Assembly (NCBI GenBank): GCA_963833225.1
Contig: CAWHXD010000008.1
Coordinates: 1 to 64,000 of the forward strand
Source of the DNA: an uncultured Chloroflexia bacterium
GTDB taxonomy: Bacteria; Chloroflexota; Limnocylindria; Limnocylindrales; CSP1-4
Direction of reading: 5' to 3'
DNA: 64,000 nt
A model generated the notes under the pieces. It worked only from the letters and a program-made list of their open reading frames with translations, was not told the DNA's origin and did not search any database. The position numbers and the translations under genes are program-made. Shown here piece after piece: positions 40,835-51,478 of this stretch. Each line of letters opens with the position of its first letter. Within the stretch, counting starts at the first letter, position 1.

Positions 40835-43236
40835 TGGACGAGCGATCGATCGCACTCCTGGAGTACCCGGCCGTCCGGGACCGGCTCGCCGAGAAGACGT
40901 CGTTCGAGCCATCGAGGCGCCTGGCCCTCGCCCTGATCCCGTCGAGCGACGAGGTCCTCGTCAGGCGTTGGCTGGACGAGACCGACCAGGCTCGATCCCT
41001 GCTCCAGGACCGGCCCGGGGTGGGGATCGGGGCGGCGCACGACATCGATCCCTGGGTGGGCCGGGCGGTTCGCGGCGGCCGGCTCGATCCGCACCAGTTC
41101 CTCGAGATCGCGGAGACCCTCGATGCGGGGGCGCGCCTCGCGACGTCGCTCGCCGACGAGCGCCGGCCGCTGATCCGCGAGCTGGGCCGCCGTCTGCACC
41201 CGCTGCCGGCGCTGCGCAGCACGCTCCTCCGGTCGTTCGATCCCGCCGGCGAGCTGCTCGACACGGCATCACCACGGCTGGGAGCGCTCCGCGCGACCGT
41301 CCGCGTGGCCTACGACCGCCTCCGGCGGCGGCTGGACACGCTTGTCGGCTCGGAGCTCGGGAGCGCGCTCCAGGAGCCCCTGGTCACCATGCGCAACGGC
41401 CGGTATGTCGTCCCCATCCGCGCGGACGCGAGGGCACGGGTCAAGGGCATCGTTCATGACGCCTCGGGCAGCGGCCAGACGCTGTTCGTCGAGCCGCTGG
41501 TGATCGTGGAGATGGGCAACGCGTGGCGGGAGGCCCAGTCCGCGGTCGAGGAGGAGGAGGGCCGGATCCTCGATGAGCTCTCGGCGCTCGTCGGCGGCCA
41601 CGCGGCGCTGTTGCGCGAGACCCTCGAGGCGCTCGCCCAGTTCGACTTCTGGGCGGCGAAAGCACAGCTCGCCGCCGAGCTGGACGGGATCCGGCCCGAG
41701 ACGGGAGACCGGGACGACGTGATCCTGCTCTCCGCGCGCCACCCCGGGCTGACCGGCCGGGTGGTCCCGATCGATCTCCGCCTTGGCGACGGGTACACGG
41801 CGCTCGTCATCACCGGTCCCAACACGGGCGGCAAGACGGTCGCGTTGCGCACCCTCGGCCTGCTGGCGCTCATGCACCAGGCCGGTCTTCACGTCCCGGT
41901 GGAGGCCGGATCCCGGCTTCCCGTGTTCCGCGACGTGTTCGCCGACATCGGTGACGAACAGTCGATCGCCCAGTCACTGTCGACGTTCTCCAGCCATCTT
42001 CGGTCCATCACGCGGATCGTCGAGCACGCGGGTCCCGGCACGCTGGTGCTCCTCGACGAGCTGGGCGCCGGCACGGACCCGACCGAGGGCTCCGCGCTGG
42101 CCCAGGCGCTGCTCGACCACTTCATCCGGTCGGGGGCGCTGGTGGCCGCCACGACCCACTATGCGGAGATCAAGGTCTATGCGCACGAGACCGCCGCCGC
42201 CCGCAACGCGTCCGTCGAGTTCGACCTTGAGACGCTGTCGCCCACCTACCGCCTGACGATCGGGCTGCCGGGCGGCTCGCAGGCCTTCGCCATCGCGGAG
42301 CGGCTGGGCATGCCGGCGGCGATCGTCGCCGATGCGCGAAGTCGCCTGTCCGAGAACCAGCGAGCCTTTGAGTCGACCCTGGCGTCCATCCGCACCCAGG
42401 AGCGCGAGATCGCGGAGGCGGTCGATCGAGCCCGGTCCGCGGAGGCCCGCGCCACCGAGGCGCTGCGCACCGCGGACGACGAGCGCCGCCGCGCGCGCCG
42501 CGAGCGCGATGAGGCGGTGAAGGCGGCGAGAGAGGAGGCGCAGCGCCTCGTCGATGGCCTCAAGGACGACGTCGCCGGGGTTCGTCGCCGTCTGGAGCGG
42601 GAGACCGTGACGGCGCCCGCCATCGACGCCGCGCTCGCCCGCGCCGAGCAGACCCTCGAACGCCTCCCCGAGGCACCCGCACCGCGGGAGCGCCAGGCAC
42701 CCGCTGAGCCGCGGACGTGGCAGCTGGGGGAACGAGCGCGCAGCCGGTCAGGCGGCTGGGAGGGTCGGATCGCGGCCCTCGAGAAGGGCGGCACCCGGGC
42801 GACGCTCGAAGCCGGTGGCATGCGCGTCTCCGTCGCCGTGAGCGACCTCGAGGCGGCATCCGGCATCACCGGCGGCAACGGTCTCACAACTGGTCCCGAA
42901 ACGGAGGCGGATGCCGTCCGCGCGGCGACGCGGGCCGGTGGATCGAGAGGTCGCGGGACGGGGATCTCGAACCTGGGTCTCCAGCGTGCGCGCTCGGTCG
43001 CCTCGTCCCTGGACCTGCGTGGCGCCCGGGTGGACGAGGCGCTCGAGGCGCTCGGGCGCTACCTGGACGATGCGTCGCTGGCCGGGCTGGAGCAGGTGAT
43101 CATCATCCACGGCCTGGGCACCGGGGCCCTGCGGGACGCGGTCCGGACGCAGGCCGCCTCGCACCCGCTGGTGCGGGACTTCCGGGCCGGCGAGCGTGGT
43201 GAGGGTGGCGACGGGGCCACGATCGTCCGCCTGTAG
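40834..43236 (+). CDS. mutS2: endonuclease MutS2
   Basis: HDASGSGQTLFVEP, TGPNTGGKT, IGDEQSI.QSLSTFS, DELGAGTDP; C-terminal Smr LDLRG...IIHG.GTG.LR. Confidence 0.95.
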   Translation: MDERSIALLEYPAVRDRLAEKTSFEPSRRLALALIPSSDEVLVRRWLDETDQARSLLQDRPGVGIGAAHDIDPWVGRAVRGGRLDPHQFLEIAETLDAGARLATSLADERRPLIRELGRRLHPLPALRSTLLRSFDPAGELLDTASPRLGALRATVRVAYDRLRRRLDTLVGSELGSALQEPLVTMRNGRYVVPIRADARARVKGIVHDASGSGQTLFVEPLVIVEMGNAWREAQSAVEEEEGRILDELSALVGGHAALLRETLEALAQFDFWAAKAQLAAELDGIRPETGDRDDVILLSARHPGLTGRVVPIDLRLGDGYTALVITGPNTGGKTVALRTLGLLALMHQAGLHVPVEAGSRLPVFRDVFADIGDEQSIAQSLSTFSSHLRSITRIVEHAGPGTLVLLDELGAGTDPTEGSALAQALLDHFIRSGALVAATTHYAEIKVYAHETAAARNASVEFDLETLSPTYRLTIGLPGGSQAFAIAERLGMPAAIVADARSRLSENQRAFESTLASIRTQEREIAEAVDRARSAEARATEALRTADDERRRARRERDEAVKAAREEAQRLVDGLKDDVAGVRRRLERETVTAPAIDAALARAEQTLERLPEAPAPRERQAPAEPRTWQLGERARSRSGGWEGRIAALEKGGTRATLEAGGMRVSVAVSDLEAASGITGGNGLTTGPETEADAVRAATRAGGSRGRGTGISNLGLQRARSVASSLDLRGARVDEALEALGRYLDDASLAGLEQVIIIHGLGTGALRDAVRTQAASHPLVRDFRAGERGEGGDGATIVRL

Positions 43237-43296
43237 GCCGGCCCGGCGCGGGCAGACCCGTGGCCGCCGCTCAACCGGTGACGGCGCTCGTCCTGG

Positions 43297-46029
43297 CTAC
43301 GGCCCTGGTGTGGGCGTGGGCCTGCCGATGCCGCCGCCGCCGGGATTGGGCGTCGGCGTGGGCTCCGGAGGCAGGGTGGGGCAGGGCAGCAGCGGGTCCG
43401 TCGACACGCACTGGGTTGGCGGCGGAGGTCCGATCTTGCACTTCTTGGTCGGCGCGAAGGCGCCGCCCCACGAGCGGCCAAAGGGGTACCAGCTGATCCC
43501 GTTGCCGGAACCGTAGAAGTACGCCGTGCGGGTGCCTTCCGGACCGCCGGCGACGCCGGGACCGCGGGCAGCCCGCGCCTGCCACCCTGCATCAGCGCGT
43601 TGCCAGGCCTTGAAGCCGGACTCGGCACCACTGTAGTCAACGAAGGCCTTGGTCACCATCGGGCCGATACAGCCGTCCCGCCACAGCAGTCCGCTGGCGG
43701 CGTCCACGTCCACGATCTTCGTATAGCTGGCCGACTTCGTGGGCTCGGTGCCCGGGATGAAGATCTCCTCGACCGTGGGTCTGCCACGGGTGGGCTTCAT
43801 GCCGGTGAACGCGTCCACGGTCGCGGTGACCAGGCCCTTGGGCCGGGTGCGCGAGAATCCCTCGATCTTCATCCCCTTGGACACGTCGGACATGATGGCG
43901 GACCACAGCGGGGCAGAGGTGTCGAGCGAGAGCTTGCCGTCGTTGGGGGAGTTGTCGGAGTTGCCCATCCAGACGCCGGCGACGAGCCCGGGGGCGTCGG
44001 TCGCTGCCGGCTCTGCCAGGTAGCCGTAGGCCAGCACGTCGCGGTTGTCCTGGGTCGTGCCCGTCTTGTAGGCGGCGGGGCGGGCGGTGTTGCCGGCGAC
44101 CCCGTCGGTCACCTTCCAGCGGGCCCAGAAGGGGTTGACGTTGCTCTTCGTGTTGCCGGCGAGGATGTCCGTGATGATGTAGGCCGCCTGGCGGCTGACG
44201 ACGCGCTCGCCCTCGGTCTTGAGGCCCTCGGGCGGCCAGACCTGGGCACCGGTGTCGTCGAGGACCTTGACGATGGTGTGGCGCGGCATCAGGACGCCCT
44301 CATTGGCGATCGCGCCGTAGGCGCTGATCTGGTCGATGGGGTGCACCTCGAGGGTGCCGATGCTCATCGATGCCACCGGCGCGGCCGTGCTGGGAAAGAC
44401 GATCCCGAAGTCCTTCATCCGCTGGAACTGGTGGTCGAGGCCGTTGAGGAACCCGGCCTTGACCGCCGGGATGTTGAGGGAGAACTGGAGCGCGCTGCGC
44501 AGGCGCACCGGCCCCCGCTCGACGTGGTCGGCCTGGGTCGGGGTGTACGCCTTGGCACCCGCGGGGGCGAAGTTGGTGACGACATCCATGAACATGGTCG
44601 CCGCCGTCAGCGTCCGGTCGTCGATGCCGATCAGGTAGATCAACGGCTTGATCGACGACCCGGGTTGTCGCCAGCCGGACCCCAGGACGTCGAACTGCGG
44701 CTGCATCTTCTTGGTGCCCTTCGCCGTGTACGACGCCGAGCCCGCGTAGGCGAGGACCTCTCCCGTCCGGTAGTCCACGACGCCTGCGGCGGCGTTGTGG
44801 ATGTTGTGGCCGCCGAGGTCCTTGATCCATGCCCACTCGCTGTGCTGGATCCCGCGGTTCTTGAGCAGCTGGTCCGGGTTCTTGCTGTTGGGGATGATCG
44901 CGGCCGCGTAGACCCACTTCTCGACGATGCGCTGCATCCGGTAGTCGAGCGACGTGATCACCGTGTAGCCGCCGGTGTCGATCTTCTCGCACTGGGACTC
45001 GCCGCACAGCAGCTGGCCGAGCTCGTCGCGCACCTTCCACACGAAGTGGGGCGCACGCCACGCCTGGGACGCCTGGGAGGCGAGCACCACGGGTTCCGCC
45101 TTGGCCGCCTCGTAGTCGTCGCTGGTGTACTTCGACCCGGACAGCGGAGAGCGGGTCTTCATCCACTCGAGGATCTCGTTGCGGCGCTGGACGATCGCGG
45201 TTGTCGGCGGCACGACGAGGCAGGTCGTCGTCTTGCCATTCGGTCCGGCACAGTCCTCCTCGACCGCGTTCTGGACCAGGTCGTACGCGCTCGGGGACTT
45301 GGGGATCCCGGCCAGGATGGCGTACTGGGCGAGGGTGAGGTCCGCCAGGTTCTTGCCCCAGTAGCTGTGCGCGGCGGCGGCCACGCCGTAGCTCCGGTTC
45401 CCGTAGTAGTTGTTGTTCAGGTAGGACTGCATGATCAGCTTCTTGCCGTCCTCGCCCGGATAGGCTTCGGTCAGCCGGATCGACTGGATGATCTCCCGCA
45501 GCTTCCGCTGGTACCGGTCGGCGCCGGGGGCGACGTCGGCGGCCGGCAGCAGGCGGTTGCGGACCAGCTGCTGGGTGATCGTCGACCCGCCGCGATCACG
45601 GCCGTTGAGCGTGTCCCAGGCGGCGGCGATGAAGGACATGGGGTCGAAGCCGGCGTTCGCCCAGAACGTGTCGTCCTCGATCGCGGTCGTGGCATCCACG
45701 AGCTCCGGCGGGATCTGGTCGAAGGTCACCAGCTCCCGGCGATCGGATCCGAGTCGCGCGAGCAGCACCTGGCCGGTGCGGTCGTAGACACCCGTCTGCT
45801 GGTCATAGCTGATCGCCTCGAGGGCCTGCTTGGGATCAGGCAGATCCCGGGCCAGGTACGAGTACCCGGCAACCACGCTCGTCGCGCCGACGAAGCCGAG
45901 GAGCGCGAGCGTCGTGAACAGGATCAGCGGGAGGGCGACCGCCACGTACTTGGCGGCACCGCTGCCACGCGGGCGGCGCTTGTCGTGCAACCGACGACGG
46001 CGCTGCCTCCGGGAGAGGCTGGTCTGCAT
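43297..46029 (-). CDS. class A penicillin-binding protein (transglycosylase/transpeptidase)
   Basis: IEDDTFW, GGSTITQQL, RKLRE, QPGSSIKP (SxxK), SLN, KTGTT; Pro-rich tail. Confidence 0.93.
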   Translation of the reverse strand: MQTSLSRRQRRRRLHDKRRPRGSGAAKYVAVALPLILFTTLALLGFVGATSVVAGYSYLARDLPDPKQALEAISYDQQTGVYDRTGQVLLARLGSDRRELVTFDQIPPELVDATTAIEDDTFWANAGFDPMSFIAAAWDTLNGRDRGGSTITQQLVRNRLLPAADVAPGADRYQRKLREIIQSIRLTEAYPGEDGKKLIMQSYLNNNYYGNRSYGVAAAAHSYWGKNLADLTLAQYAILAGIPKSPSAYDLVQNAVEEDCAGPNGKTTTCLVVPPTTAIVQRRNEILEWMKTRSPLSGSKYTSDDYEAAKAEPVVLASQASQAWRAPHFVWKVRDELGQLLCGESQCEKIDTGGYTVITSLDYRMQRIVEKWVYAAAIIPNSKNPDQLLKNRGIQHSEWAWIKDLGGHNIHNAAAGVVDYRTGEVLAYAGSASYTAKGTKKMQPQFDVLGSGWRQPGSSIKPLIYLIGIDDRTLTAATMFMDVVTNFAPAGAKAYTPTQADHVERGPVRLRSALQFSLNIPAVKAGFLNGLDHQFQRMKDFGIVFPSTAAPVASMSIGTLEVHPIDQISAYGAIANEGVLMPRHTIVKVLDDTGAQVWPPEGLKTEGERVVSRQAAYIITDILAGNTKSNVNPFWARWKVTDGVAGNTARPAAYKTGTTQDNRDVLAYGYLAEPAATDAPGLVAGVWMGNSDNSPNDGKLSLDTSAPLWSAIMSDVSKGMKIEGFSRTRPKGLVTATVDAFTGMKPTRGRPTVEEIFIPGTEPTKSASYTKIVDVDAASGLLWRDGCIGPMVTKAFVDYSGAESGFKAWQRADAGWQARAARGPGVAGGPEGTRTAYFYGSGNGISWYPFGRSWGGAFAPTKKCKIGPPPPTQCVSTDPLLPCPTLPPEPTPTPNPGGGGIGRPTPTPGP

Positions 46030-46124
46030 TGCGGCCGTGACGATACCATGATGCGGATGGATTCCCGTTTGACCCGATCGGGCCGGACCCTCGACGGTCC
46101 CGGCCCCGTGGCTGTGACGTGCCG

Positions 46125-47434
46125 ATGACCGGCCTGCCTTCCGGGACGGGTGACGCCGCGCTGCACAGGCTGCTCGACGAGCTCGAGTGGCGCGGGATCC
46201 TGCATGCGGCGACCCCCGGGCTCCAGGAGCGGCTCGCTGCGGGCCGGACCATCAGCGGGTACAACGGATTCGACCCCTCGGGTGACTCGCTGCACATCGG
46301 CCACCTGATCCCCATCCTCGGCCTGCTCCGCCTCCAGCGTCACGGTGGACGACCGGTCGCGCTGGTGGGGGGCGGAACCGGGATGATCGGCGATCCATCC
46401 GGCCGCTCGGCGGAGCGAAACCTGCTGGACGCCGCGACGATCGAGCACAATGTCGCCGCGATCGGCGCCCAGCTGGAGCGGTTCCTGGACTTCTCGCCGG
46501 GCCCGTACCAGGCCCGGATGGCCAACAACCACGACTGGCTTGGGTCCATCTCGCTGATCGACTACCTGCGCGACGTGGGCAAGCACTTCACCGTTCCGTA
46601 CATGCTGGCCAAGGACTCCGTCCAGGCGCGGCTCGAGCGCGGCCTGTCGTTCACCGAGTTCAGCTACATGACCCTCCAGGCGCTCGACTTCGCCACCCTG
46701 TACCGCGAGTACGGCGTTGAGCTGCAGATGGGCGGCGCCGACCAGTGGGGCAACATGACGGCCGGCCTGGAGCTGATCCGGCGCACGGCCGGGGACGACG
46801 ACGCGAGCCCCGCCCACGCCATCGCCTTCAAGCTGCTGCTCTCACCCTCCGGGGCCAAGTTCGGGAAGAGCGAGGGTGGGGACTCCGTGTGGCTGGATCC
46901 GGCACGGACGACGCCCTACGCGCTGTACCAGTACTGGATCAACGTCGACGACCGCGATATCGGGACGTACATGCGCTGGTTCACCACCTGGACCCGGGAC
47001 GAGATCACCGGCCTCGACACCGAGGTCGCCGAGCGCCCAGAGGGTCGCGAGGCGCAGCGCCGGCTGGCGTTCGACGTGACCCAGCGGGTGCACGGGGATG
47101 CCGCGGCGCACGAGGCCGTCCGCGTGACCGCGGCGCTCTTCCAGCGGGAGCCGGTGACCGATCCGGCGTTGCTGGCGACCGTGCACGCCGCGACGAACGG
47201 CCCCAGCGTGGCCGCCCGGACGCTGGATGCCGGGGCCGCCGTGCTCCTGGCGGAGACGGGCCTGGCGCCGTCAAGGGGCGAGGCCCGACGGCTCGTTGCC
47301 GGTGGCGCCATCACGTCAACGGCGTGCGGATCACGGACGCGGCAGGGGCCCTGCCGGAACCGGTTGCCGGCGAGTGGCTCGAGGTCCGCGTGGGCAAGCG
47401 CAACCGGGCCGTGGTCCGAGTCACCCGCGAGTAG
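46125..47434 (+). CDS. tyrS: tyrosine--tRNA ligase, frameshift in the S4 domain near 47314
   Basis: GFDPS.DSLHIGH, QMGGADQWGN, KFGKS; S4 continues as VNGVRI...VGKRN after one missing base. Confidence 0.93.
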
Positions 47435-47483
47435 GGGATCGACCCGGGCGGGAGGGCCGTCCGGGTCCACGCGATGGCCCCGT

Positions 47484-48242
47484 TCAGGCGCCGCCGGGGA
47501 CCCCATGGCGGGCCCGGAGGACGTCCAGCACGGCACGTGGCTCGATCCCGCGTTGGGCGAGCAGCACCAGCGCGTGGTACACGAGGTCGCCGGCCTCGCC
47601 GACCAGGAGGGCCCGGGTCTGGTCGCGGTCCTCGCCGGCACGCTCGGCCGCTTCGTCATTCTTGGCCGCCAGCAGGACCTCGGTGGCCTCCTCGGCGACC
47701 TTGCGACCGGCGACATCGACCCCGCCATCGAGCAGCGTGACCGTGTAGGACCCCGCGGGACGAGCCGCGGCGCGGTCGGAGATCGTCGCCCATAGCGCCT
47801 CGAGCCAGCGGAACCCCTGGGGCTCTGGACCAACCGGTTCGGTCGAAAGGTCGACGGGGCCTGGCCCGGCCACGGCCTCCGAGAGGGCGTCGGGGTCAAA
47901 GCAGGAGCGCGTCTCCCGGTGGCAGGTGGGGCCCACGGGCTCCACGCCGATCAGCAGCGCGTCACCATCGCAGTCGAGCGCCAGCGACCGCAGCCGCAGC
48001 ACGTGGCCGGAGGTCTCGCCCTTGCGCCACAGGCGCCCACGGGCCCGTGAGTGGAAATGGACATCGCCGGTGCCCAGCGTGGCGGCGAGGGCCTCGACAT
48101 CCAGCCAGCCCACCATGAGGATGCGCCCGTCGGCCACGTCCTGGACGACGCCGACCACCAGCCCGCCGGCATCCCAGGCGACGGCGGCCGGGTCGAGACC
48201 CAGGTCGACATCCACGGGCCCAGGTCGCGTCAGCCACGTCAT
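47484..48242 (-). CDS. hisIE: bifunctional phosphoribosyl-AMP cyclohydrolase/phosphoribosyl-ATP pyrophosphatase
   Basis: SR.R..LW.KGETSG, DCDGDAL, GPTCH...SCF; SYT..LL, KV.EEA.E, DLVYH. Confidence 0.94.
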   Translation of the reverse strand: MTWLTRPGPVDVDLGLDPAAVAWDAGGLVVGVVQDVADGRILMVGWLDVEALAATLGTGDVHFHSRARGRLWRKGETSGHVLRLRSLALDCDGDALLIGVEPVGPTCHRETRSCFDPDALSEAVAGPGPVDLSTEPVGPEPQGFRWLEALWATISDRAAARPAGSYTVTLLDGGVDVAGRKVAEEATEVLLAAKNDEAAERAGEDRDQTRALLVGEAGDLVYHALVLLAQRGIEPRAVLDVLRARHGVPGGA

Positions 48243-49036
48243 GCTGGCACCCAGGCGGGCACGGTGCGGACTGGCAGTCCGGCGGCAGCCATGACGGATT
48301 TGACCTCCGCGATCGAGTAGGTGGACCGGTGGAAGATCCCGGCCGCGAGGACGGCATCGGCGCCACCGTCCCGGATGGCCTCCACGAAGTGGGCGGGACC
48401 CGCGGCTCCGCCGGAGGCGATGACCGGAACCGGAACCTGCGACGAGATGGCCCGGAGCAGCTCCGTGTCAAAGCCCGACCCCGTCCCGTCCCGGTCGATC
48501 GAGGTCACCAGCAGCTCGCCCGCACCGAGCTGGACCGCACGCAGCGCCCACTCGACGGCATCGAGGCCGACCGGCTCGCGACCGCCCTTGACCACGACCT
48601 CGAACCCCGACGGGATCGTCGTGGTGGCCGCGGCGGTGCGTCGGGCATCGATCGCGACGACCACGGCCTGGCCTCCAAAGCGCGCCGCGCACCGCGTCAC
48701 GAGCCCCGGGTCCGCCACGGCCTGGGTATTGAGGCTCACCTTGTCGGCGCCCGCCCGGAGCACGTCGCGCATGTCCTCCACAGATCGCACTCCGCCACCG
48801 ACGGTCAACGGCACGAACGCCCGGCGCGCCGTCCGCTCCACGATGTCGAGGAGAGTGCCACGGCCTTCCGGAGCGGCGGTGATGTCGAGGAACACGATCT
48901 CATCGGCCCCTTCGCGCGCATAGCGCTCGGCGAGCTCGGGCGGGTCGCCCTCGTCGGTGAGGTCCACGAAGCGAGTGCCCTTGACGACGCGGCCGTTGGC
49001 CACGTCGAGGCACGGGATGACCCGGCGGCGAAGCAT
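48239..49036 (-). CDS. hisF: imidazole glycerol phosphate synthase cyclase subunit
   Basis: [39 protein letters not shown]. Confidence 0.96.
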   Translation of the reverse strand: MLRRRVIPCLDVANGRVVKGTRFVDLTDEGDPPELAERYAREGADEIVFLDITAAPEGRGTLLDIVERTARRAFVPLTVGGGVRSVEDMRDVLRAGADKVSLNTQAVADPGLVTRCAARFGGQAVVVAIDARRTAAATTTIPSGFEVVVKGGREPVGLDAVEWALRAVQLGAGELLVTSIDRDGTGSGFDTELLRAISSQVPVPVIASGGAAGPAHFVEAIRDGGADAVLAAGIFHRSTYSIAEVKSVMAAAGLPVRTVPAWVPA

Positions 49037-49689
49037 CAGGCGGCCCGCTCTGCCGACGCCCGCGCGGCTGCCGCGAGGACGTTGGCGACCAGCCGCAGGC
49101 CGGCGGTCGATGATCGCTCCGGGTGGAACTGCACGCCCAGGAGCCGTCCGCGCTGGACCGCGGACACGAATGTCGCCCCGTGCTCGGTCTGGGCAAGCGC
49201 CACATCGGCGGCCGAGGCTGCCGGCAGGCCAACGTACGAATGCACGAAGTAGAAGTCCGCGTCCGGCTCGATGCCGTCGAACGCCGGGTGCTCGCGCCGC
49301 CGAACGACCTGGTTCCAGCCGATGTGCGGCAGCGTGGGGGCGTCGTGCAGGCGCACGGTCCGGCCCGGGATGACGCCCAGGGTCTCGGCGCCGTCCTCAT
49401 CGGAGCCATCGAACAGGAGCTGGAGCCCGAGGCAGATGCCCAGGAACGGGCGATCCGCCTCGATCCACGCGCGGATGGGCTCCACGAAGCCGCCGGCCCG
49501 CAGCCGGTCCATGGCCGGGGCGGCCGCCCCGACACCGGGCATGACGAGGAGGTCGGGGCTGCCGATCTCGGCGGCCGTGACGGCACGGTGGACACGGGCG
49601 CCCGCCGCGGAGAAGGCCTGCTCGATGGACACGAGGTTGCCGGCGCCGTAGTCCACCACCGCGACCGTGGGCGTCGTCTGGCGCGCCAT
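49036..49689 (-). CDS. hisH: imidazole glycerol phosphate synthase glutaminase subunit
   Basis: DYGAGNL, PGVG, GICLGLQ, PHIGWN, YFVHSY, QFHPE. Confidence 0.96.
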   Translation of the reverse strand: MARQTTPTVAVVDYGAGNLVSIEQAFSAAGARVHRAVTAAEIGSPDLLVMPGVGAAAPAMDRLRAGGFVEPIRAWIEADRPFLGICLGLQLLFDGSDEDGAETLGVIPGRTVRLHDAPTLPHIGWNQVVRRREHPAFDGIEPDADFYFVHSYVGLPAASAADVALAQTEHGATFVSAVQRGRLLGVQFHPERSSTAGLRLVANVLAAAARASAERAA

Positions 49690-50315
49690 CACCCGAGCGC
49701 GCCCTTCGTGGAGGCGACGCCGGCCCGCCTTGGATCCGGCTCGCAGGCGACTCGCAGCGCTCGCCCCAGGGCCTTGAAGGCGGCCTCGGCGAGGTGATGG
49801 TCGTTGCGTCCCGAGCCACGCAGGTGCACGGTGGCCCCGGCGGTCCGGGCAAAGGACTCGAGCGCGTGGTCGACGAGCTGCAGCGGCAGCGCCCCCGCGC
49901 GTTCCGACCGGAACGGGAGCTCGATCACGGCGTAGGGCCGCCCGCCGATGTCGATCACGGCCGTCGCGGCGGCCTCGTCCATGGGCACGGCGCTGTCGCC
50001 GAACCGGCGGATGCCGGCCCGGTCGCCGAGCGCCACCGCGAACGCCGCGCCCAGGACGAGCGCGACGTCCTCGACCGTGTGGTGCTCGTCGACATCGAGG
50101 TCGCCCGTGGCGCGGATCTCGAGATCAAACAGGCCGTGGTGGGCGAGCGAACCGAGCAGGTGGTCGTAGAAGCCGACCCCGGTCTCGATGGCGGTGGTGC
50201 CGGACCCGTCGAGGTCGAGGGCGATCGTGATGTCGGTCTCCCGGGTGCGCCGCGCGACGCGGACGCGTCGTCCGTCGCGCTCGAGCACGTCGAGGGTCCC
50301 GAGCGGGGTGGTCAT
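49689..50315 (-). CDS. hisB: imidazoleglycerol-phosphate dehydratase
   Basis: R.T.ETDI, F.DH.L, D.HHTVED, PMDEA, NDHH.AEA.FKA, STKG. Confidence 0.96.
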   Translation of the reverse strand: MTTPLGTLDVLERDGRRVRVARRTRETDITIALDLDGSGTTAIETGVGFYDHLLGSLAHHGLFDLEIRATGDLDVDEHHTVEDVALVLGAAFAVALGDRAGIRRFGDSAVPMDEAAATAVIDIGGRPYAVIELPFRSERAGALPLQLVDHALESFARTAGATVHLRGSGRNDHHLAEAAFKALGRALRVACEPDPRRAGVASTKGALG

Positions 50316-51478
50316 GCGCTGGCCTCCTCGGCAATGGCGGGCAGGGTCGGAGCGATGGCACGCACGGCCTCGAGCAGGCGGTCGTCTTCCTCCGGATCGC
50401 GGACGGTGACCCGGAGGCAGTGGCGCAGCGGGTGGCGGTGGCCGAAGGTGCGGGGCACCAGGCCCTGACGCATGAGCGCAAGCGAGGCGGCCGCGGCACG
50501 CTCCGCCGTCGCGAGGTCCAGCAGGATGAAGTTGGTGTCCGACGGCTGGGGCCTCCAACCTGCAGCCTCGAGACCCGCGGCCAGTCGCGGACGCTCGCGG
50601 CGGACCCGTTCGACGTTGGCGCGCATGGCCGTCTGGTCCCGGAGCGCGTGGGCGACCGCCGTGACGGAGATGGTGCCGATCGATCCCGGGGCCCGGTAGA
50701 CGGCGATCCGCCGGATCGTCTCGACCGCGCCGACCGCGAAGCCCACGCGCAGACCGGCCATCGCGTACGCCTTGGAGGCGGTGCGGACGGCGACGACGTT
50801 CGGGTAGCGCTCCCGCAGGCGCACCACGGACGCACCCGTGAACTCGCTGTAGGCCTCGTCGACAACGACCGCCGGCACCCCGCGCCCATCGACCGCCGCA
50901 TCCGCGTCGATGCCCTCGAGCAGCGCCTCGATGGCGCCTTCGGGCTCCAGGCGCGCGGTCGGGTTGTTGGGATTGCAGATCCAGACCAGGGTCGCGCGGC
51001 GGGCCGCCTCGCGCATCCCGGGGACGTCCATGGCCCATCCCTGGTCCGCGCCCATGCGTGGGACGGCGATCACGTGCCCACCCCGCTGCTCGGCGTGGAT
51101 CTGGTACATCGGGTATGTGGGCACGGGGACCGCGATGGACTCGCCCGCGGGCAGGAACGCCTTGGTGCACATGTCGAGCACCTCGTCCGCGCCGGCTCCC
51201 GGGACAAGCTCCTCGGTGGTGACGCCGTACGCGGCCGACGCCGCCTCCACCAGGCGCCGGTAGTCGCCGGGCGGGTACTCGGAGAGCGGTGTCTCGAACA
51301 CGCCGGCGGCGAGGATCCCCGCAAGCTCGGGCGGCGGCGCCGGGGACGTGTTGAGGTCAAAGCGAAGGACCTTCGACAACGGGATCCCGAACCGCTCGGC
51401 GATCCCCTCGTCGGTTGCCTCCCAGCTGTAGGAGGACGGGTCGGTGGGCGAGCTGACGGAGAACGGGCTGGGGCTCAC
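50312..51478 (-). CDS. hisC: histidinol-phosphate aminotransferase
   Basis: GADE, CNPNNPT, VDEAY.EF, RTASKAYAMAGLRVG; position in the his operon. Confidence 0.93.
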   Translation of the reverse strand: MSPSPFSVSSPTDPSSYSWEATDEGIAERFGIPLSKVLRFDLNTSPAPPPELAGILAAGVFETPLSEYPPGDYRRLVEAASAAYGVTTEELVPGAGADEVLDMCTKAFLPAGESIAVPVPTYPMYQIHAEQRGGHVIAVPRMGADQGWAMDVPGMREAARRATLVWICNPNNPTARLEPEGAIEALLEGIDADAAVDGRGVPAVVVDEAYSEFTGASVVRLRERYPNVVAVRTASKAYAMAGLRVGFAVGAVETIRRIAVYRAPGSIGTISVTAVAHALRDQTAMRANVERVRRERPRLAAGLEAAGWRPQPSDTNFILLDLATAERAAAASLALMRQGLVPRTFGHRHPLRHCLRVTVRDPEEDDRLLEAVRAIAPTLPAIAEEASA